Assembly (NCBI GenBank): GCA_949948785.1 | Contig: CATLGX010000001.1 | Location: 15,408-79,407 of the forward strand | Reading direction: 5' to 3' | DNA: 64,000 nt | DNA from: an uncultured Christensenella sp. | GTDB taxonomy: Bacteria > Bacillota > Clostridia > Christensenellales > Pumilibacteraceae | Part shown: one piece after another, positions 8,248-17,936 of the stretch | Position numbering within the stretch: the first letter of the stretch is position 1 | Layout: every line of letters begins with the position of its first letter | Notes under the pieces: generated by a model | Seen by the model: only the letters and a program-made list of their open reading frames with translations | Databases searched by the model: none | Told to the model about the DNA's origin: nothing | Position numbers and translations under genes: made by a program

Positions 8248-11001
8248 ATGAAAAACAGAAAATGGCCGATGCTTATTATTGCAGTCGTTTCGATAGCGGC
8301 GGCGTGCTGTCTGTTCGCTGCTTGCGGCGACGGCGATAAAGGCGAAACCGCAAAAACTTATACGGTGAGCTTCGATACCGACGGAGCGGAGAGCATCGAT
8401 TCCATCGTCGTAAAAAGCGGAGAGTCGGTAGCGCAACCGCCTGCGCCGCAAAAAGACGGCTGGGTCTTTAAGGGCTGGTTATTGGGTGAAGCCGAATACG
8501 ATTTCTCACAGCCCGTTATGCGCGATTTCACGCTTAAAGCCGCGTGGAACGAGCTTTATACGGTAACGTTTATGTCGGACGGCGCCGCGTTCAAGACGAG
8601 GACCGCCGAAAACGGAACGGCTGTGTCGTTCGGAGAAATCCCCATAAAAGCCGATAATATTTTCATGTATTGGAGCGAAAGCGATGCGGCGGACGGCGCG
8701 CAGTATGATATGTCCGCGCCCGTTACCGATAATCTAACGCTTTACGCCGTATGGCTCGGCGAAACGCGGGCGAACGAAATGCTGTCCCGCGCGCTCGACG
8801 GAGATATGTTTGCGAGCTATCCGTACACGGCAAAGTTTACGGTGAGCGAGGTCGACGGCGACGAAACTCTGTCGTATACGTTTACATATCGGTATTTCGA
8901 CAATGCCGAGGGCGGTTACGACGTATATTCGCAGGAGCGGAGCGATTGGAACAATTCCGAGCGCTATACTGTGTTCGGTTCGGACGGCAGACAACTTTGC
9001 CGTTATTATAAAGGCAAAGATGCCGCCGAGTGGCAGATAAGTTCCGCAGTGTCCAGTTACGAATATGCAATGCCGTTCAAGTTCGGCGAAATGCGACCTT
9101 ATTTGACAAACGGTGATTTTACATGCGAGGACGGAGCGCTCGTCGAAGACGGTGCATACGTTTTTCACGTATACGAGGAAAGCGTCGCGGCTTTCGAGAT
9201 GTATGTAATCGGAACGTACGGAACGCTTTTTCAAAACGCGCGTGTCTTAATAAAAGACGACCGACTCGTAAAAGTATCGGGCAGAATGCAAGGCGGCATC
9301 GACTTTACGATAGAATTCGATTACACACGATTCGAACAGTCCCGTCCCGCGCTTCCGGATTCGGAAGTGTCGATTAGAAAGGTAAAAGACGGAAGCGGCG
9401 TAGTCGGTATGGCGGTTGCCGTTTCGGATTTAACTTCGTTGTTCGAGCTTAAAGTAAACGGCAGTTCGGTCGCCGTAACGGCAGACATGCTAGACTTGGG
9501 CGGGCTTGACGTCGACAACCCGACGGAGGGCGTTTATACGATAAGGCTTTCGTACACCGCGTGGGACGGCGCGCAGGACTTTTGCGAGGCGACCTTTACC
9601 GTCGCCGCTCAAACACTCGGAAATGCGCTCGGCAATAAAGATTATGCAAACGCTTCGTTTGCCGTCGGCGGTAACACTTTAAAGCGCAGCGGCGACGTAT
9701 TCTTCCATGAGGATTCTTTGTGGGGATATTACTTCAAAACGGATGACAGCGCGCAAGGTTATAAGACGGCAAAGATGTCGAAAACAACCAAAAGCGTTAC
9801 GCTGAACGCCTGGGTCAGGTGCGTACGAATAGATGTATTGCTCGATTTGTCGGCAGACTTGTTCGTCTACGACGACGCGGCAAGCACATATACGCTTACT
9901 CCCGATTATGCGCCGAATAAACCGTATAAAAAGGCGTTGCAACAATTTTTCGCGTTTACCAATACGACAAACGTCTTATACTCGTTGGTCAAACTCGACG
10001 ATTCCGCAAAGCCCTATTCGCTTATCTTGACGGTCGACGGAGATAAGACAATTACAAATATATCCGTTTCGTATTACACGACCAAAAAATTCGATTTCGA
10101 GTTTGCCGTAACGCCCGAAATCGAAGCCGCTACGATTCCGCATGAGGTTTTAAACGCGTTTACGCAATATACCGTAACTTATAAATCGGGCGATAAAGCA
10201 GACGGGGACAATAAAGAAGTCGGTCAGGGCGGCGGTTCGTACACGGTTTTGCGCTACTCCGACGCGTCGTTTTCGTGGACAGTGCAATCGGGCTGGAAGT
10301 TTAAAAATTGGAAAATAGAGGGCGAAGACGTCGAAGTAGCGGGCGGAGCCGCCTATAAACTCGACGATATGGAAAACCCGCGAGTTACGTTTGTCGCGCA
10401 ATGGGTGGAAATGGATAAATTCACCGTTACGTATAAGGCCGGCGACGGCACGGGCGCCGACGTTACGGAAAGCGGCGTTTTCGAGGGCGCATATACGCTC
10501 AAAAATATCGACGTTCTTTCGATGACCGCGCAGGACGGATATGTCTTTGTCGGTTGGGTAGTCGAGGGCGAAACGCAAGTCCGCGCGGCAGGCGCAAGCT
10601 ATAACCTTGCGGCGGACGTCGTTTTCGTCGCGATGTGGAAGGCGGAATTTGTTTCGGGCGTCGTATACAAACAGGACGAAACGGGCAAATCGGAAACAAA
10701 ACTTTACGACGGTTCGCGCTATATGGTTGTCGAAGAAGTAGAGGTCGATTTGACAAGTAAGCAGATAAAGCTGACATACACCGTGAGCGGAGCTACCGAA
10801 ACGGCTGTTCTCGACTTGAAAGAGGACAAGTATTACGGAAAGGATTACGAAATAACGCCAGACAACGCGCTCAAAAATTACTTCGGCGAGGGCGTGTTCG
10901 TAAAGTTCTCCGCCGATAATAGCAGTTTGCAAATCAGTCAATACGATTCTTTCGACGAACGTGTCGTGGATATGGGCAGTGCGTTCTTAAAGCAGGTATA
11001 A
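8248..11001 (+). CDS. Large lipoprotein with InlB B-repeat (Listeria-Bacteroides repeat) domains
   Basis: Signal ending CLFAAC; four YTV(S/T)(F/Y)...F.(G/Y/N)W...A.W repeats (two N-terminal, two C-terminal); AGGAG RBS. Confidence 0.8.
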   Translation: MKNRKWPMLIIAVVSIAAACCLFAACGDGDKGETAKTYTVSFDTDGAESIDSIVVKSGESVAQPPAPQKDGWVFKGWLLGEAEYDFSQPVMRDFTLKAAWNELYTVTFMSDGAAFKTRTAENGTAVSFGEIPIKADNIFMYWSESDAADGAQYDMSAPVTDNLTLYAVWLGETRANEMLSRALDGDMFASYPYTAKFTVSEVDGDETLSYTFTYRYFDNAEGGYDVYSQERSDWNNSERYTVFGSDGRQLCRYYKGKDAAEWQISSAVSSYEYAMPFKFGEMRPYLTNGDFTCEDGALVEDGAYVFHVYEESVAAFEMYVIGTYGTLFQNARVLIKDDRLVKVSGRMQGGIDFTIEFDYTRFEQSRPALPDSEVSIRKVKDGSGVVGMAVAVSDLTSLFELKVNGSSVAVTADMLDLGGLDVDNPTEGVYTIRLSYTAWDGAQDFCEATFTVAAQTLGNALGNKDYANASFAVGGNTLKRSGDVFFHEDSLWGYYFKTDDSAQGYKTAKMSKTTKSVTLNAWVRCVRIDVLLDLSADLFVYDDAASTYTLTPDYAPNKPYKKALQQFFAFTNTTNVLYSLVKLDDSAKPYSLILTVDGDKTITNISVSYYTTKKFDFEFAVTPEIEAATIPHEVLNAFTQYTVTYKSGDKADGDNKEVGQGGGSYTVLRYSDASFSWTVQSGWKFKNWKIEGEDVEVAGGAAYKLDDMENPRVTFVAQWVEMDKFTVTYKAGDGTGADVTESGVFEGAYTLKNIDVLSMTAQDGYVFVGWVVEGETQVRAAGASYNLAADVVFVAMWKAEFVSGVVYKQDETGKSETKLYDGSRYMVVEEVEVDLTSKQIKLTYTVSGATETAVLDLKEDKYYGKDYEITPDNALKNYFGEGVFVKFSADNSSLQISQYDSFDERVVDMGSAFLKQV

Positions 11002-11036
11002 GCGTTAATTAAACGTTATAATTACGTGCGATTCGC

Positions 11037-11065
11037 TTGCATTCGGCGTAAAAATGTGTTACAAT
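11037..11065 (+). promoter_or_regulatory. sigma70 promoter of the ABC-F gene
   Basis: TTGCAT (11037-11042), 17 bp, TG-n-TACAAT (11060-11065). Confidence 0.65.
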
Positions 11066-11082
11066 GCCGTTATCCGATTTAC

Positions 11083-11253
11083 GAGGTGATGGAGTGTATA
11101 AATTTTCTTGCTGATTTAATATAGTAAGCGGACGGGCGTTTGCGCGCGTCGTGCTTGCGGAAAAGCAAGAAAGTTTAATCTGTCAGTATACGGTAGAACG
11201 GAATAATATTCGTATCGATTTCAAGCCGTGAGATTACTTTCTCACGGCTTTTT
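11083..11253 (+). promoter_or_regulatory. Putative ribosome-dependent attenuator leader (uORF plus premature terminator)
   Basis: GAGGTG RBS and uORF 11094-11114 (GTG start, MYKFSC*); TTTCTTGCT (11104-11112) complementary to AGCAAGAAA (11164-11172); terminator AAGCCGTGAGA..TCTCACGGCTT-TTT (11223-11253) just before the RBS. Confidence 0.65.
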
Positions 11254-11272
11254 GCTGTTCGGAGGTTTTTAT

Positions 11273-12733
11273 ATGTCGTTGATAAAAATAGAAAATCTTA
11301 CTTTTTCTTATACGTCGAGTTTTGACAATATTTTCGAAAACGTCGACTTCCAAATCGATACCGATTGGAAGCTTGGTTTTATAGGCAGAAACGGAAGAGG
11401 CAAAACAACGTTTTTAAATCTTCTGTCTGGAAAATACGCGCACGGCGGCAAAATTACCGCTTCCGTCGAATTTGATTATTTCCCGTACGCCGTGCGCGAC
11501 AAAACCGCTTTGACGGAAACTGTGCGGCGCGAGGTTTGTCCGATGGCGGAAGAGTGGCGCCTGCTGCGCGAATTGTCATTGCTCGACGTCGATTTCGAGT
11601 GTTTGTCCCGCCCGTTCGGCGCACTGTCGAACGGCGAGCAAACCAAGGTTTTGCTTGCCGCGCTGTTTTCCGACGAGTGGCGGTTTTTGCTAATAGACGA
11701 GCCGACCAATCATCTGGACTCGCAGGCGAGAGCGCGTTTGTCGGAATATTTGCGCAAGAAAAAGAGCTTTATTCTCGTTTCGCACGACAGGTGTTTTATA
11801 GACGGTTGCGTCGACCATATTCTGTCGATAAATAAGTCCAATATCGAAGTGCAGAGCGGTAATTTTTCGTCGTTTATGCAAAATTACGAAAACCGTCTGG
11901 AATATGAACGTAAGCAGTTCGACCGCTTGAAAACGGATATCAAACGCCTACACGAAACGGCGCGGCGTACCGAAAATTGGGCGGAAAAAGTTGAGGCATC
12001 CAAAATAGGCGCCGGCGATAAAGGGTACGTCGGGCATAAGTCGGCTAAAATGATGAAGCGCGCGAAGGTTACGGAAGCGCGGCGCCAAAAGGAAATCGAA
12101 CAAAAATCCCGACTTTTCAAAAACGCCGAGACGGAAGACGAACTTAAAATATCCCCGCTGGCGTACCGTTCGGAACGGCTTGCGTATTTTTCTTCCGTTG
12201 CGCCCATTCGCGGCGGAAAAACGGTTTGTTCGCCCGTAACGTTTGAAATCAATCGCGGCGACAGAATTGCAATCGACGGTAAAAACGGAAGCGGCAAGAG
12301 CAGCGTTTTAAAACTGTTGTTAGACAGGTTCGCGGAGCATTCGGGAACGGTGAACATCGGCTCCGACGTGATAGTTTCGTACGTTCCTCAGGACGCGTCG
12401 CGGCTATGCGGAACGCTCGCAGAATTTGCGGTGTCGCACGGTTTGGACGAAAGTCTTTTCAAGACTGTTTTGCGCAAAATGGGTTTTGAACGGGAACAGT
12501 TCGAAAAAGAAATTTCCGATTTTTCGGACGGTCAAAAGAAAAAAGTACTGATAGGCAAGAGCCTTTGCGAAAAAGCGCATTTGTACGTTTGGGACGAACC
12601 GCTGAATTTCATCGACGTATTTTCGCGTATTCAGATTGAAAACTTGATAGCGGAATACTGCCCGACAATGATTTTCGTGGAGCACGATAAAGCGTTCCGA
12701 GACAAAATCGCAACGAAGACGATAAATATATAA
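11273..12733 (+). CDS. ABC-F ribosomal protection protein, Lsa/CplR-like
   Basis: N-terminus MSLIKIENLTFSY...QIDTDWKLGFIGRNGRGKTT; two ABC domains and no TM segments; linker DKGYVGHKSAKMMKRAK; C-terminal CEKAHLYVWDEPLN. All are characteristic of the Lsa family. Confidence 0.85.
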   Translation: MSLIKIENLTFSYTSSFDNIFENVDFQIDTDWKLGFIGRNGRGKTTFLNLLSGKYAHGGKITASVEFDYFPYAVRDKTALTETVRREVCPMAEEWRLLRELSLLDVDFECLSRPFGALSNGEQTKVLLAALFSDEWRFLLIDEPTNHLDSQARARLSEYLRKKKSFILVSHDRCFIDGCVDHILSINKSNIEVQSGNFSSFMQNYENRLEYERKQFDRLKTDIKRLHETARRTENWAEKVEASKIGAGDKGYVGHKSAKMMKRAKVTEARRQKEIEQKSRLFKNAETEDELKISPLAYRSERLAYFSSVAPIRGGKTVCSPVTFEINRGDRIAIDGKNGSGKSSVLKLLLDRFAEHSGTVNIGSDVIVSYVPQDASRLCGTLAEFAVSHGLDESLFKTVLRKMGFEREQFEKEISDFSDGQKKKVLIGKSLCEKAHLYVWDEPLNFIDVFSRIQIENLIAEYCPTMIFVEHDKAFRDKIATKTINI

Positions 12734-12841
12734 AAAGCAAAATTTTAAAATCGCGACGGTTTCGGCGTGTATTTGCGTTTCGAATATTTTATTAGCGTCA
12801 AGGTTAAAAATTCGGACCGGAACGGAATCCGTTGCGTTATG

Positions 12842-13720
12842 TCAAGCCAATAGTCTTTCGATTGCGCCGTTTTCCAAATCGGCAATGCAAAACATATTGT
12901 CTAACACTTCAAAGGTTTCTTCCAAATTGTGGCGAGCGGATTTCCATCCGTAATAACCGTCGGTAAACCATACGAAAGCGAAGCCGTCGATTTGTTTTGC
13001 CTCCAATGCAATTGTTTTGTAGCTTCTCGCGGTTTCGTTTAATTTCGAACCGCCTCCCGTATAAAAATTCGTTTCAATTGCGTAGATTGTTTTATCTTTC
13101 TTAACGACAAAATCAAATCGTTTTTCGGCTTTACCTTGATTTGAAATTTTCGATAAATCAATATTCCATTTTCTTTCAATCGCCGACAATTTCATTTCCT
13201 TAAAATACGTGTCGCCTTTCACCAGCCCGGCTTTTATAAGATAATCTTCCACGAGATTTTCCATTAAATGGCCGCCGCGATTTTTGCGACCGTTACTGTC
13301 TAATCCTACTTCTACGCCCGTAACATAATCGACAAGATTATTTATAACATGATGTGCGATTAAATCGAATAAGCCGGTTTTTCGCATAAACATTATGTAT
13401 TCTTCCGTGGTATAATCTGGCTTATTAAAATTAAAACGATATTCGCCGTCCCCGTCGATAGCGTAAATTTCACGCCCGCGTACGGCAAGCAAAATCGGAA
13501 TACATTTGAATACTTGCGGATAATCGTTTGTTAGTTTTGCAAAATCGCGTTCGATATTATTCGAACCTATAAGAGAATTCAGTATATTCAATTCGACTTT
13601 GATATTTTCGACATTGTAATAAACTTTTTCGAAATCGACATAGTAACCGTAATCGCATATGCTCGATTTAAAAGTTTTAAGCCATTCGTTAAAGTCTCTT
13701 TTCATATGTGTGGTCTCCAT
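12842..13720 (-). CDS. Type II restriction endonuclease, DpnII/MboI family (GATC expected)
   Basis: YYVDFEKV, GVEVGLDSNGRKNRGG, KRFDF, IETNFY.GGGSKLNETARSY and FVWFTDG motifs; coupled to the upstream methylase (TAATG overlap). Confidence 0.88.
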   Translation of the reverse strand: METTHMKRDFNEWLKTFKSSICDYGYYVDFEKVYYNVENIKVELNILNSLIGSNNIERDFAKLTNDYPQVFKCIPILLAVRGREIYAIDGDGEYRFNFNKPDYTTEEYIMFMRKTGLFDLIAHHVINNLVDYVTGVEVGLDSNGRKNRGGHLMENLVEDYLIKAGLVKGDTYFKEMKLSAIERKWNIDLSKISNQGKAEKRFDFVVKKDKTIYAIETNFYTGGGSKLNETARSYKTIALEAKQIDGFAFVWFTDGYYGWKSARHNLEETFEVLDNMFCIADLENGAIERLLA

Positions 13721-14646
13721 TAATTATAAATAAGCAGTTCGCTGATTTTTCCGCGGCTATCGGATTTGCTGTTTATCATGCGGGCTACGGATACGCGCTT
13801 TATTCGATATTCTTTGTAAAGCTCGTCAAAAAAAGTATCTTCGGGATTGACATTCTTCGGGTCGGAATTGCTCAATACGAATTTCGCGCCGCTTGCGTTT
13901 ATTTCGTCTATATATTTTGCAAGTCTAATCTGCTCGCAATCGTTAAACGCGTCGGCATTATATGACGTAAAATCCGATGTTTTAGAAATGGGACGATACG
14001 GTGGGTCAAGATAAACAAACGTATTTTGGTCTATAAACTGTTTTGATAGAGAATAATCGCCGCAAATAATAGTTACGTTTTGCAACGCTTTATTAATATT
14101 GCGTAAATTGCTTTCGCTATAAATCGATGGATTTTTGTATGCGCCGATAGGCACGTTGAATTGCCCTTTGCGATTGACGCGATAAACTCCGTTAAAACAA
14201 GTTTTATTCAAGAATATAAAATATGCTGCCTTTTTTACTGCGGTTGTGTCGTTTAATTGCGTATTATTGAATTTATCACGAATCGAATAGTAATATAGCT
14301 TTCTGTCATTCTCATCCATAGAACAATAAAATAACCGCATTTCGCGTAACTTTTCAATTAGACTATCGATATTTTCCTTTAATACTTGATATGCGTTTAT
14401 AAGTTCGGTGTTAATATCGCTAATGTAAAACTGCTTGAAATCATAATTCGACAATAAATAAAAAAGCAGTGCGCCGCCGCCTACCATCGGTTCGCAATAT
14501 TTCGTCGGAACTCTTCCGTTATCCGCGCGCGTTGGCAATAAGTTAACAAGGTCGTTTAAAAGCTTATTTTTGCCGCCCACCCATTTAACAAACGGTTTTA
14601 ACGATTCTGTATATTCTTTTTCACAACGTGAAGTTTGTTTGTTCAT
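13720..14646 (-). CDS. Dam/DpnM-family N6-adenine DNA methyltransferase
   Basis: KPFVKWVGGK, EPMVGGGA (SAM binding), NKTCFNGVYRVN.KGQFNVP and catalytic LDPPY. Confidence 0.92.
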   Translation of the reverse strand: MNKQTSRCEKEYTESLKPFVKWVGGKNKLLNDLVNLLPTRADNGRVPTKYCEPMVGGGALLFYLLSNYDFKQFYISDINTELINAYQVLKENIDSLIEKLREMRLFYCSMDENDRKLYYYSIRDKFNNTQLNDTTAVKKAAYFIFLNKTCFNGVYRVNRKGQFNVPIGAYKNPSIYSESNLRNINKALQNVTIICGDYSLSKQFIDQNTFVYLDPPYRPISKTSDFTSYNADAFNDCEQIRLAKYIDEINASGAKFVLSNSDPKNVNPEDTFFDELYKEYRIKRVSVARMINSKSDSRGKISELLIYN

Positions 14647-15074
14647 AAGATTTCTGCGGTGATTGAAAATACCCTTATACTATCTACCATATTGAGCTTC
14701 CGATATACAACTCGGGATACTTTCACCTCGAAAACGTGTGAATACATTATATTCTAAAACACAAATAAAAGCAAGCGCTTTCTTGTCAAAATCAAAATTG
14801 GCAATAATGTGGAAATCATAATGGTCGTTGTCTGCGCGTTTTAAAACATTATTGACGACAACCGAAAAACTAACTGCAAGCAATTGTACAAAACGCTTTG
14901 TTTTGGATTTTGCCTACATTCGACAAAATCCAATCGAGTGAGCAGAACGGCAGAGAAGGGGATAGGGAAGCTTTTAAGTTCGAGCGCGGCGAGTTGATAC
15001 CGATGGTTGTAGACTTATGCGCAAGAGACCGGCAGCCGAGTAACTTTGACACGCGCCGATGTTCGGCGACCGAG

Positions 15075-15827
15075 TTAAAACGGAATTTTATCTATATCCG
15101 ATTCGACAGCAGAATCGTTTGCGTGAGCTGATTTGTATTTTTTAAATAGGCAGACCGCTAATGTAACTATAACGCCCAAAATTAAACCCAAAATAAAAGA
15201 AACGTTGTGGCAAACCGTTGTCCAGCCGAAATTTACAACATACGTTGTCAGCACTCCGTAAATTGCCGATACAATCAAAGTGGGTTTGCCGATTTGTTTG
15301 AAACTTTTAACGTCGAACAATAATGCCGCAAGCGAAGCGCCTGCAAGAGCGAAAATTCCGCCCGATGCGCCGACAGAAACGGTTTTTGCCACTTCTTCCG
15401 CTTTTGACGGTGCTATTGCGACATACAGCGGATTGGTGATGAAGCATTCGACTACACCGACGATAAAGAATATAACGTAAGTTGTCCACCGTCCGAATCG
15501 CTTTTCCGCATAATTTCCTATAAAATATAAGCCTATTAAATTCGCAATAAAATGCAACAAATGCCCATGAAGAAACATCTGCGTCGCGTATCGGTATATT
15601 TCGGTACCGGCAGAATCCAAAACTTGACCTGTCCCCATATAGTTAGTTAACAGCCCGCCGCAAAAACCTAATAAATAGTCGGTTGAATTTAATTTGTCGT
15701 TTGCCCAAGTAAATCCGGAGTAATCTTTTGGAAACGGCAAATAATGGTCCAGAAAGTAGAATACGGTAAGAATCAATAGTATTATGTTCGTTACCGTTAA
15801 ATGTTTTTTATAATTACTTTTTTCCAT
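15075..15827 (-). CDS. Rhomboid family intramembrane serine protease
   Basis: MFLHGHLLHFIAN, catalytic VGASGG and distal H (CHN); multiple TM segments. Confidence 0.85.
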   Translation of the reverse strand: MEKSNYKKHLTVTNIILLILTVFYFLDHYLPFPKDYSGFTWANDKLNSTDYLLGFCGGLLTNYMGTGQVLDSAGTEIYRYATQMFLHGHLLHFIANLIGLYFIGNYAEKRFGRWTTYVIFFIVGVVECFITNPLYVAIAPSKAEEVAKTVSVGASGGIFALAGASLAALLFDVKSFKQIGKPTLIVSAIYGVLTTYVVNFGWTTVCHNVSFILGLILGVIVTLAVCLFKKYKSAHANDSAVESDIDKIPF

Positions 15828-16095
15828 TCGAATCCCTCATGTATATGTAATAATTGTATCGCATTCAAACAATTATTTCAAGCATAAGATATGATTAACG
15901 TAATACGATTATTGCGGTACTCGAATTTATAGGCGCGCCGATAATTCGCTAAAATTATTTGTTCTGCTGTTATTGTTGCGGAAGCTCGCTTGCGCTTTTA
16001 TCGCTATACATAAAAACTCGCCGTAATTGACTGTAATTCCATTATATTGCTTGTCAATCAATTAGTCGAGTTGTTGAATAGACTAAAATATAATT

Positions 16096-16305
16096 ATGCG
16101 GTTTCTTGATTTCGGCGTTAATTTGGCAAGAATAAGAATCAAGTCGGGATTATCGGCTTACGAGTTAAGTTTGCGTATTGAAAAAGACGCAAGTTATATT
16201 CATAAAGTCGAGAGCGGTAAAATCAATATAAGTTTGAAAACTATATTAAAAATTTGCGATGTGTTAAATATAGCGCCCGTTGATTTATTTGAGTCCGAGC
16301 AATAG
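16096..16305 (+). CDS. XRE-family helix-turn-helix regulator
   Basis: RIKSGLSAYELS...YIHKVESGKINISLKTILKICDVLNI is a Cro/C1-type HTH. Confidence 0.85.
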   Translation: MRFLDFGVNLARIRIKSGLSAYELSLRIEKDASYIHKVESGKINISLKTILKICDVLNIAPVDLFESEQ

Positions 16306-16310
16306 TAGCA

Positions 16311-16343
16311 ATAAAATCCGTTGATATTATAAACGGATTTTTT
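16311..16343 (+). terminator. Intrinsic terminator
   Basis: AAAATCCGTT...AACGGATTTT stem followed by a T-run after the HTH stop. Confidence 0.6.
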
Positions 16344-16352
16344 GTTTTATAT

Positions 16353-16404
16353 AGAAAAAATTTGAACGTATGATAACGTTCAAACTTTAACGACATTGGC
16401 GGAG
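16353..16404 (-). repeat. Direct repeat copy of the tRNA-Ala 3' end plus terminator (att-like)
   Basis: 52 bp matching 17104-17155 with 2 mismatches; contains CTCC(G/A)CCA and the TTTGAACGT..ACGTTCAAA hairpin. Confidence 0.85.
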
Positions 16405-16426
16405 CAACAGTAACCTAAAACGAATT

Positions 16427-16954
16427 TTAATCAGTCGTAAAACTATATGTCAATTCTCTTGCGGTCTCATTTCTTTTTATATAAGTTCTAACACCGTCAG
16501 CGCTTTCAAGTTTTAGCCCTATTTTTTCCATAAGGCGAGCTGAGGGCGCATTTCTGTAATCGCATTGCGCAACCAATTTTTTGAGATGTAGGGTATTCAA
16601 AGCAAAATCTTTTATTGCAATAGCGGCTTCCGACGCATAACCTTTTTTGTGGAACTTTTTGTTAAATATCCAACCGAGTTCGCCGACTTCCTTTTGTTCG
16701 TCTAAGTATACCGAAACTGCGCCGATTTGCAGTCCGTTCAGCACAACGGCAAATTCGTAAAACGTCGGCTCGGTCTTTTTCCACTCCTGTGTGACGCCCT
16801 CCAAAAACGCCGCCGTTTCTTCGAGGGTACGGTTGGGTAGGTGCACCATGAACCGAGTGTTTTCGATATCGGACGCATATTCGTGCACGGTATCTAAATC
16901 GGCAATATTCAGTGGGCGCAACAGCAGTCTTTCCGTTTTCATTTCGTGATACAT
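16427..16954 (-). CDS. GNAT family N-acetyltransferase (RimJ/RimL type)
   Basis: KTERLLLRP, ELGWIF..KFHKKGYASEA, N.PSARLMEKIG; GGAGAG RBS before ATG 16954. Confidence 0.88.
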   Translation of the reverse strand: MYHEMKTERLLLRPLNIADLDTVHEYASDIENTRFMVHLPNRTLEETAAFLEGVTQEWKKTEPTFYEFAVVLNGLQIGAVSVYLDEQKEVGELGWIFNKKFHKKGYASEAAIAIKDFALNTLHLKKLVAQCDYRNAPSARLMEKIGLKLESADGVRTYIKRNETARELTYSFTTD

Positions 16955-17103
16955 TTTTCTCTCCGACAACGCACGGCGAATACCGGCGACAAAGTATTGT
17001 GTCTTGTACAGTCATTATATTACAAGCATCTCTGTATTTCAACTGTTTTTGACAGCGTAAAAACGAATTTGCGGTGCTGCGGCGGGTGTTTGCATCCGAT
17101 AAA

Positions 17104-17147
17104 AGAAAAAGTTTGAACGTATGATAACGTTCAAACTTTAACGACAT
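17104..17147 (-). terminator. Terminator downstream of tRNA-Ala (part of the second repeat copy, 17104-17155)
   Basis: On the minus strand: AAGTTTGAACGT-tatcat-ACGTTCAAACTT followed by T-rich sequence. Confidence 0.7.
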
Positions 17148-17223
17148 TGGTGGAGATAGTGGGACTCGAACCCATGACCTATGCGTTGCGAACGCATCGC
17201 TCTACCAACTGAGCTATATCCCC
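17148..17223 (-). tRNA. tRNA-Ala (anticodon CGC)
   Basis: Reverse complement GGGGATATAGCTCAGTTGGTAGAGCGATGCGTT-CGC-AACGCATAGGTCATGGGTTCGAGTCCCACTATCTCCACCA: 76 nt, cloverleaf, G3:U70 Ala identity pair, encoded CCA. Confidence 0.96.
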
Positions 17224-17353
17224 ATGGCGGAATGATTTTCCGCTCGTTTCGACAAGAGTAATTTTAGCACATACTTTTTTATTTGTAAAGCAAAATGGGG
17301 GTTGTTTTTCGTTTAGACGCAATTTTGCCTGTTTGCGTCGGACGGCGCATATG

Positions 17354-17734
17354 TTATTTGAGTTTTGCGATTATTTCTATTTCGATTTTTACGCTTTTGG
17401 GCAAAGCGGCGACCTGTACGCAGCTTCTTGCAGGATAGGGCGGACGAAAATATTCGCCGTAAATTTTATTGACCGTTCCGAAATCGTTTATATCCGTCAA
17501 AAAAACGGTCGTTTTTACAACATCGGAAAAACCGAGCCCGACGCATTCGAGAATGCCTCCGATGTTTTTAAATACTTGTTCGGCTTGCGAGGTTATATCG
17601 TCTCCTGCGACGTTTCCCGTTTTCGGGTCTATCGGAATTTGTCCCGATGCGTAAAGCGTATCACCGGCGATTACCGCCTGCGAATACGGACCAATTGCCG
17701 CCGGAGCATTATTTGTGCACACTTGTTTTATCAA
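17354..17734 (-). CDS. ridA: RidA family (YjgF/YER057c/UK114) enamine/imine deaminase
   Basis: APAAIGPYSQAV, SGQIP, VVKTTVFL, YPARSCVQVAALPK; TTG start with GGAGA RBS. Confidence 0.88.
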   Translation of the reverse strand: MIKQVCTNNAPAAIGPYSQAVIAGDTLYASGQIPIDPKTGNVAGDDITSQAEQVFKNIGGILECVGLGFSDVVKTTVFLTDINDFGTVNKIYGEYFRPPYPARSCVQVAALPKSVKIEIEIIAKLK

Positions 17735-17936
17735 AGTCGTTTCTCCGTTTTCGAGTTTTTCGTTTCGAGTATAAGACGTTTTGCGTTCGTTGTCAAGCGG
17801 GTGAGAAGCTGTTTTTTGTCTTTTGAAGGACATAATAAAAACGCTTGACAAAACGGGGACGGGGGCATAATATAATACCGTGCTTACGAAGCGGTAAAGT
17901 TGCCGCTTGAAAATTACGGAGCACAGAGGAGAAAAA

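Noticed and set aside
14650-15074. Short ORFs between the methylase and rhomboid genes
   Set aside because: No recognisable motifs or RBS; part of it is the probable methylase promoter (TTGCTT-17-TATAAT on the minus strand).
12800-17150. AT-rich block as a prophage or complete mobile element
   Set aside because: No integrase, transposase or phage structural genes; only the tRNA-tail repeat is supportable.
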